DNA of 15,386 nucleotides from a virus: UHGV virus genome UHGV-0250646; one strand, 5' to 3'. Shown piece by piece: positions 12,833 to 15,386 of this stretch (position 1 is its first letter; each line of letters starts with the position of its first letter). The notes under the pieces were generated by a model. It saw only the letters and a program-made list of their open reading frames with translations, ran no database searches and was not told where the DNA came from. The position numbers and the translations under genes were made by a program.

Positions 12833-13158
12833 AAACCTTTCGCTGGAAAGTGAAGCCGGATATGGAGGTGAACTCGCAGCCATCGGTGCGTGAAGTGCGT
12901 TTTGGTGACGGGTACTCACAGCGTATGGCGGCAGGGCTGAATGCTGACCTGAAAACATACAGGGTGACGCTTTCCGTGACCCGGGAGGAGGCCCGGCATC
13001 TGGAAGCGTTCCTGGCAGAGCACGGTGGCTGGAAGGCATTTTTGTGGAAGCCACCCTATGCATACCGGCAGATAAAGGTGACCTGTGCCGGGTGGTCTGC
13101 GCGGGTCGGGATGTTGCGCGTTGAGTTCAGCGCGGAGTTTAAGCAGGTGGTGAACTGA
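12829..13158 (+). CDS. M: Tail tip protein M, 109 aa
   Basis: MKTFRWKVKPDMEVNSQPSVREVRFGDGYSQRMAAGLNADLKTYRVTLSVTREEARHLEAFL… matches lambda gpM in sequence and length. Confidence 0.93.
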   Translation: MKTFRWKVKPDMEVNSQPSVREVRFGDGYSQRMAAGLNADLKTYRVTLSVTREEARHLEAFLAEHGGWKAFLWKPPYAYRQIKVTCAGWSARVGMLRVEFSAEFKQVVN

Positions 13159-13856
13159 TGCAGGATATTCGAGAAGAAAGTCTGAGCGAGTCGGTTAAAT
13201 CAGAGCAGTCACCGCGGGTGGTACTCTGGGAAATTGACCTGACGGTGCAGGGTGGTGAGCGGTATTTTTTCTGTAATGAGCTGAATGAAAAAGGGGAGCC
13301 GGTCACCTGGCAGGGGCGGAAGTACCAGGCGTACCCGATTGATGGCAGCGGCTTTGAAATGAACGGGAAAGGCAGCAGTGCCAGACCGTCGCTGACGGTG
13401 TCCAATCTGTTCGGTCTGGTCACCGGGATGGCGGAAGACCTGCAGAGTCTGGTGGGGGCCACGGTGGTCCGCCGTCGGGTGTATGCGCGTTTTCTGGATG
13501 CGGTGAATTTCGTTGCGGGCAATCCGGAAGCGGACCCGGAGCAGGAGCTGAGCGACCGCTGGGTGGTGGAGCAGATGTCGGAGCTGACAGCCATGACGGC
13601 CTCGTTTGTGCTGGCCACACCGACCGAGACGGACGGAGCGCTGTTTCCCGGTCGTATCATGCTGGCGAACACCTGTATGTGGACCTACCGCTCTGATGAG
13701 TGTGGTTACACGGGCGGGGCTGTGGCGGATGAGTTCGATAAACCCACCACGGATATCCGTAAGGACAGATGCAGCAAGTGCATGCGCGGGTGTGAACTGC
13801 GCAGGAATGTCGGCAATTTTGGCGGTTTCCTTTCCATTAATAAACTTTCGCAGTAA
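13158..13856 (+). CDS. L: Tail tip protein L, 232 aa, with C-terminal Cys cluster
   Basis: MQDIREESLSESVKSEQSPRVVLWEIDLTVQGGERYFFCNE… matches lambda gpL in sequence and length. C-terminal cysteines (…NTCMWTYRSDECGYTGG… …DRCSKCMRGCELRR) fit the reported gpL iron-sulfur cluster site. Start shares one nucleotide with the M stop (TGATG). Confidence 0.93.
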   Translation: MQDIREESLSESVKSEQSPRVVLWEIDLTVQGGERYFFCNELNEKGEPVTWQGRKYQAYPIDGSGFEMNGKGSSARPSLTVSNLFGLVTGMAEDLQSLVGATVVRRRVYARFLDAVNFVAGNPEADPEQELSDRWVVEQMSELTAMTASFVLATPTETDGALFPGRIMLANTCMWTYRSDECGYTGGAVADEFDKPTTDIRKDRCSKCMRGCELRRNVGNFGGFLSINKLSQ

Positions 13857-13861
13857 ATCCC

Positions 13862-14605
13862 ATGACACAGACAGAATCAGCGATTCTGGCGCACGCCCGG
13901 CGATGTGCGCCAGCGGAGTCGTGCGGCTTCGTGGTAAGCACGCCGGAGGGGGAAAGATATTTCCCCTGCGTGAATATCTCCGGTGAGCCGGAGGCGTATT
14001 TCCGTATGTCGCCGGAAGACTGGCTGCGGGCAGAGATGCAGGGGGAGATTGTGGCACTGGTCCACAGTCATCCCGGTGAGCTGCCCTGGCTGAGCGAGGC
14101 TGACCGGCGGCTGCAGATAAAAAGCGCACTGCCCTGGTGGCTGGTCTGCCGGGGGGAAATTCATAAATTCCGCTGTGTGCCACATCTGACAGGACGGCGC
14201 TTTGAGCACGGGGTGACGGACTGTTACACGCTGTTCCGGGATGCATACCATCTGGCGGGAATTGATATGCCGGATTTTCATCGCGAGGATGACTGGTGGC
14301 GCAACGGCCAGAACCTGTACCTGGACAATATGGCGGTCACCGGCTTTTACCGGGTGCCCCTGTCCTCTGCACAGCCGGGCGATATCCTGCTGTGCTGCTT
14401 CGGCGCATCGGTGGCTAATCATGCCGCCATTTACTGCGGCAACGGTGAACTGCTTCACCATATTCCTGAACAACTGAGTAAACGGGAGAGGTATTCCGAA
14501 AAATGGCAACGACGAACGCATTCTGTCTGGCGTCACCGCCACTGGCACACATCTGCCTTCACGGGGATTTACAACGATTTGGCCGCCGCCTCAGCCTGTA
14601 TGTGA
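13862..14605 (+). CDS. K: Tail tip assembly protein K, 247 aa, with MPN/JAMM-type and NlpC/P60-type domains
   Basis: ATG at 13862, 5 nt after the L stop. Intact JAMM motif HSHPGELPWLSEAD (H68-x-H70-x7-S78-x2-D81; nt 14063-14104). Downstream Cys (GVTDCYTLF) and His residues are consistent with an NlpC/P60 papain-like fold. C-terminal part resembles lambda gpK. Confidence 0.9.
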   Translation: MTQTESAILAHARRCAPAESCGFVVSTPEGERYFPCVNISGEPEAYFRMSPEDWLRAEMQGEIVALVHSHPGELPWLSEADRRLQIKSALPWWLVCRGEIHKFRCVPHLTGRRFEHGVTDCYTLFRDAYHLAGIDMPDFHREDDWWRNGQNLYLDNMAVTGFYRVPLSSAQPGDILLCCFGASVANHAAIYCGNGELLHHIPEQLSKRERYSEKWQRRTHSVWRHRHWHTSAFTGIYNDLAAASACM

Positions 14606-15183
14606 ACACGGCAGCGGAAGCCATTCGCGCCCTGTCGATGCAGATGCCGGGATTCCGCCGTCAGATGAACGAAGGCTGGTACCAGATACGTATTGCCGGT
14701 GATGACACGGCACCGGAGGCGGTGTATGCCCGTCTTCACGAACAGCTGGGTGAGGGAACGGTCATCCACATTGTGCCGCGACTGGCCGGGGCCGGAAAGG
14801 GTGGACTGCAGATTGTGCTGGGGGCGGCGGCCATCGTGGGCTCTTTCTTCACTGCCGGTGCCTCGATGGCGTTATGGGGTACAGCCCTGAGTGCCGGCGG
14901 TTTTTCTGCCACCACGATGCTGTTTTCACTGGGGGCCAGCATGATTCTGGGCGGTGTGGCCCAGATGCTGGCCCCGAAGGCAAAAACACCGGATTACCGC
15001 GCAACGGATAACGGCAGACAGAACACGTACTTTTCCTCGCTGGATAACATGATTGCCCAGGGGAACCCGATGCCGGTGCCTTACGGGGAAATGCTGGTTG
15101 GCTCCCGCCGTATATCCCAGGACATCAGCACCCGTGATGAAGGCGGGGGCGGAAAGGTCGTGGTTATCGGGCGGCAGGGGTAA
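14503..15183 (+). CDS. I: Tail tip assembly protein I, 226 aa
   Basis: MATTNAFCLASPPLAHICLHGDLQRFGRRLSLYVNTAAEAIRALSMQMPGF… is lambda gpI-like, with a ubiquitin-like N-terminal region and hydrophobic Gly/Ala-rich C-terminal half. Overlaps the 3' end of K by 103 nt in another frame, as in lambda. Confidence 0.92.
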   Translation: MATTNAFCLASPPLAHICLHGDLQRFGRRLSLYVNTAAEAIRALSMQMPGFRRQMNEGWYQIRIAGDDTAPEAVYARLHEQLGEGTVIHIVPRLAGAGKGGLQIVLGAAAIVGSFFTAGASMALWGTALSAGGFSATTMLFSLGASMILGGVAQMLAPKAKTPDYRATDNGRQNTYFSSLDNMIAQGNPMPVPYGEMLVGSRRISQDISTRDEGGGGKVVVIGRQG

Positions 15184-15245
15184 AAAGAATAAAAAAATCC
15201 CGCAGTGATCGCGGACAGGAACTGCGGGAGAGTTACGAAGATTAA

Positions 15246-15386
<141 letters not shown>

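Noticed and set aside
13209-14246. 345-aa ORF on the minus strand antisense to L and K
   Set aside because: Lies entirely opposite two strongly supported + strand genes in GC-rich DNA. The translation is Arg/Pro/Ala-rich and low-complexity with no recognisable domain or RBS. Typical shadow ORF.

Overview
This window is the left-arm late (morphogenesis) operon of a lambda-like siphovirus, most likely a prophage or phage of E. coli or a close relative, all on the + strand. Gene order is canonical: terminase small subunit (3' part, Nu1) and large subunit (A), head-tail connector W, portal B, prohead protease C with nested scaffold Nu3, decoration protein D, major capsid protein E, FI, FII, tail genes Z, U, V, G and the G-T frameshift product, tape measure H, tail-tip proteins M, L, K, I. 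About 62 bp after gene I the phage sequence is interrupted by the left end of insertion sequence IS5, with the start of its transposase (insH) running off the window edge. I recognise most products from near-identity to phage lambda proteins as I recall them; Z and G look noticeably more divergent, so this is a lambdoid relative rather than lambda itself. I see no CRISPR array, tRNA/rRNA, or defence or toxin-type system, and nothing that supports a previously undescribed system. The points worth a second look are the IS5 insertion exactly where the tail-fibre gene J should begin, the A-AAA-AAG -1 frameshift site used for gpGT, and terminator-like hairpins flanking the capsid genes. All comparisons to lambda are from memory and should be confirmed by alignment.
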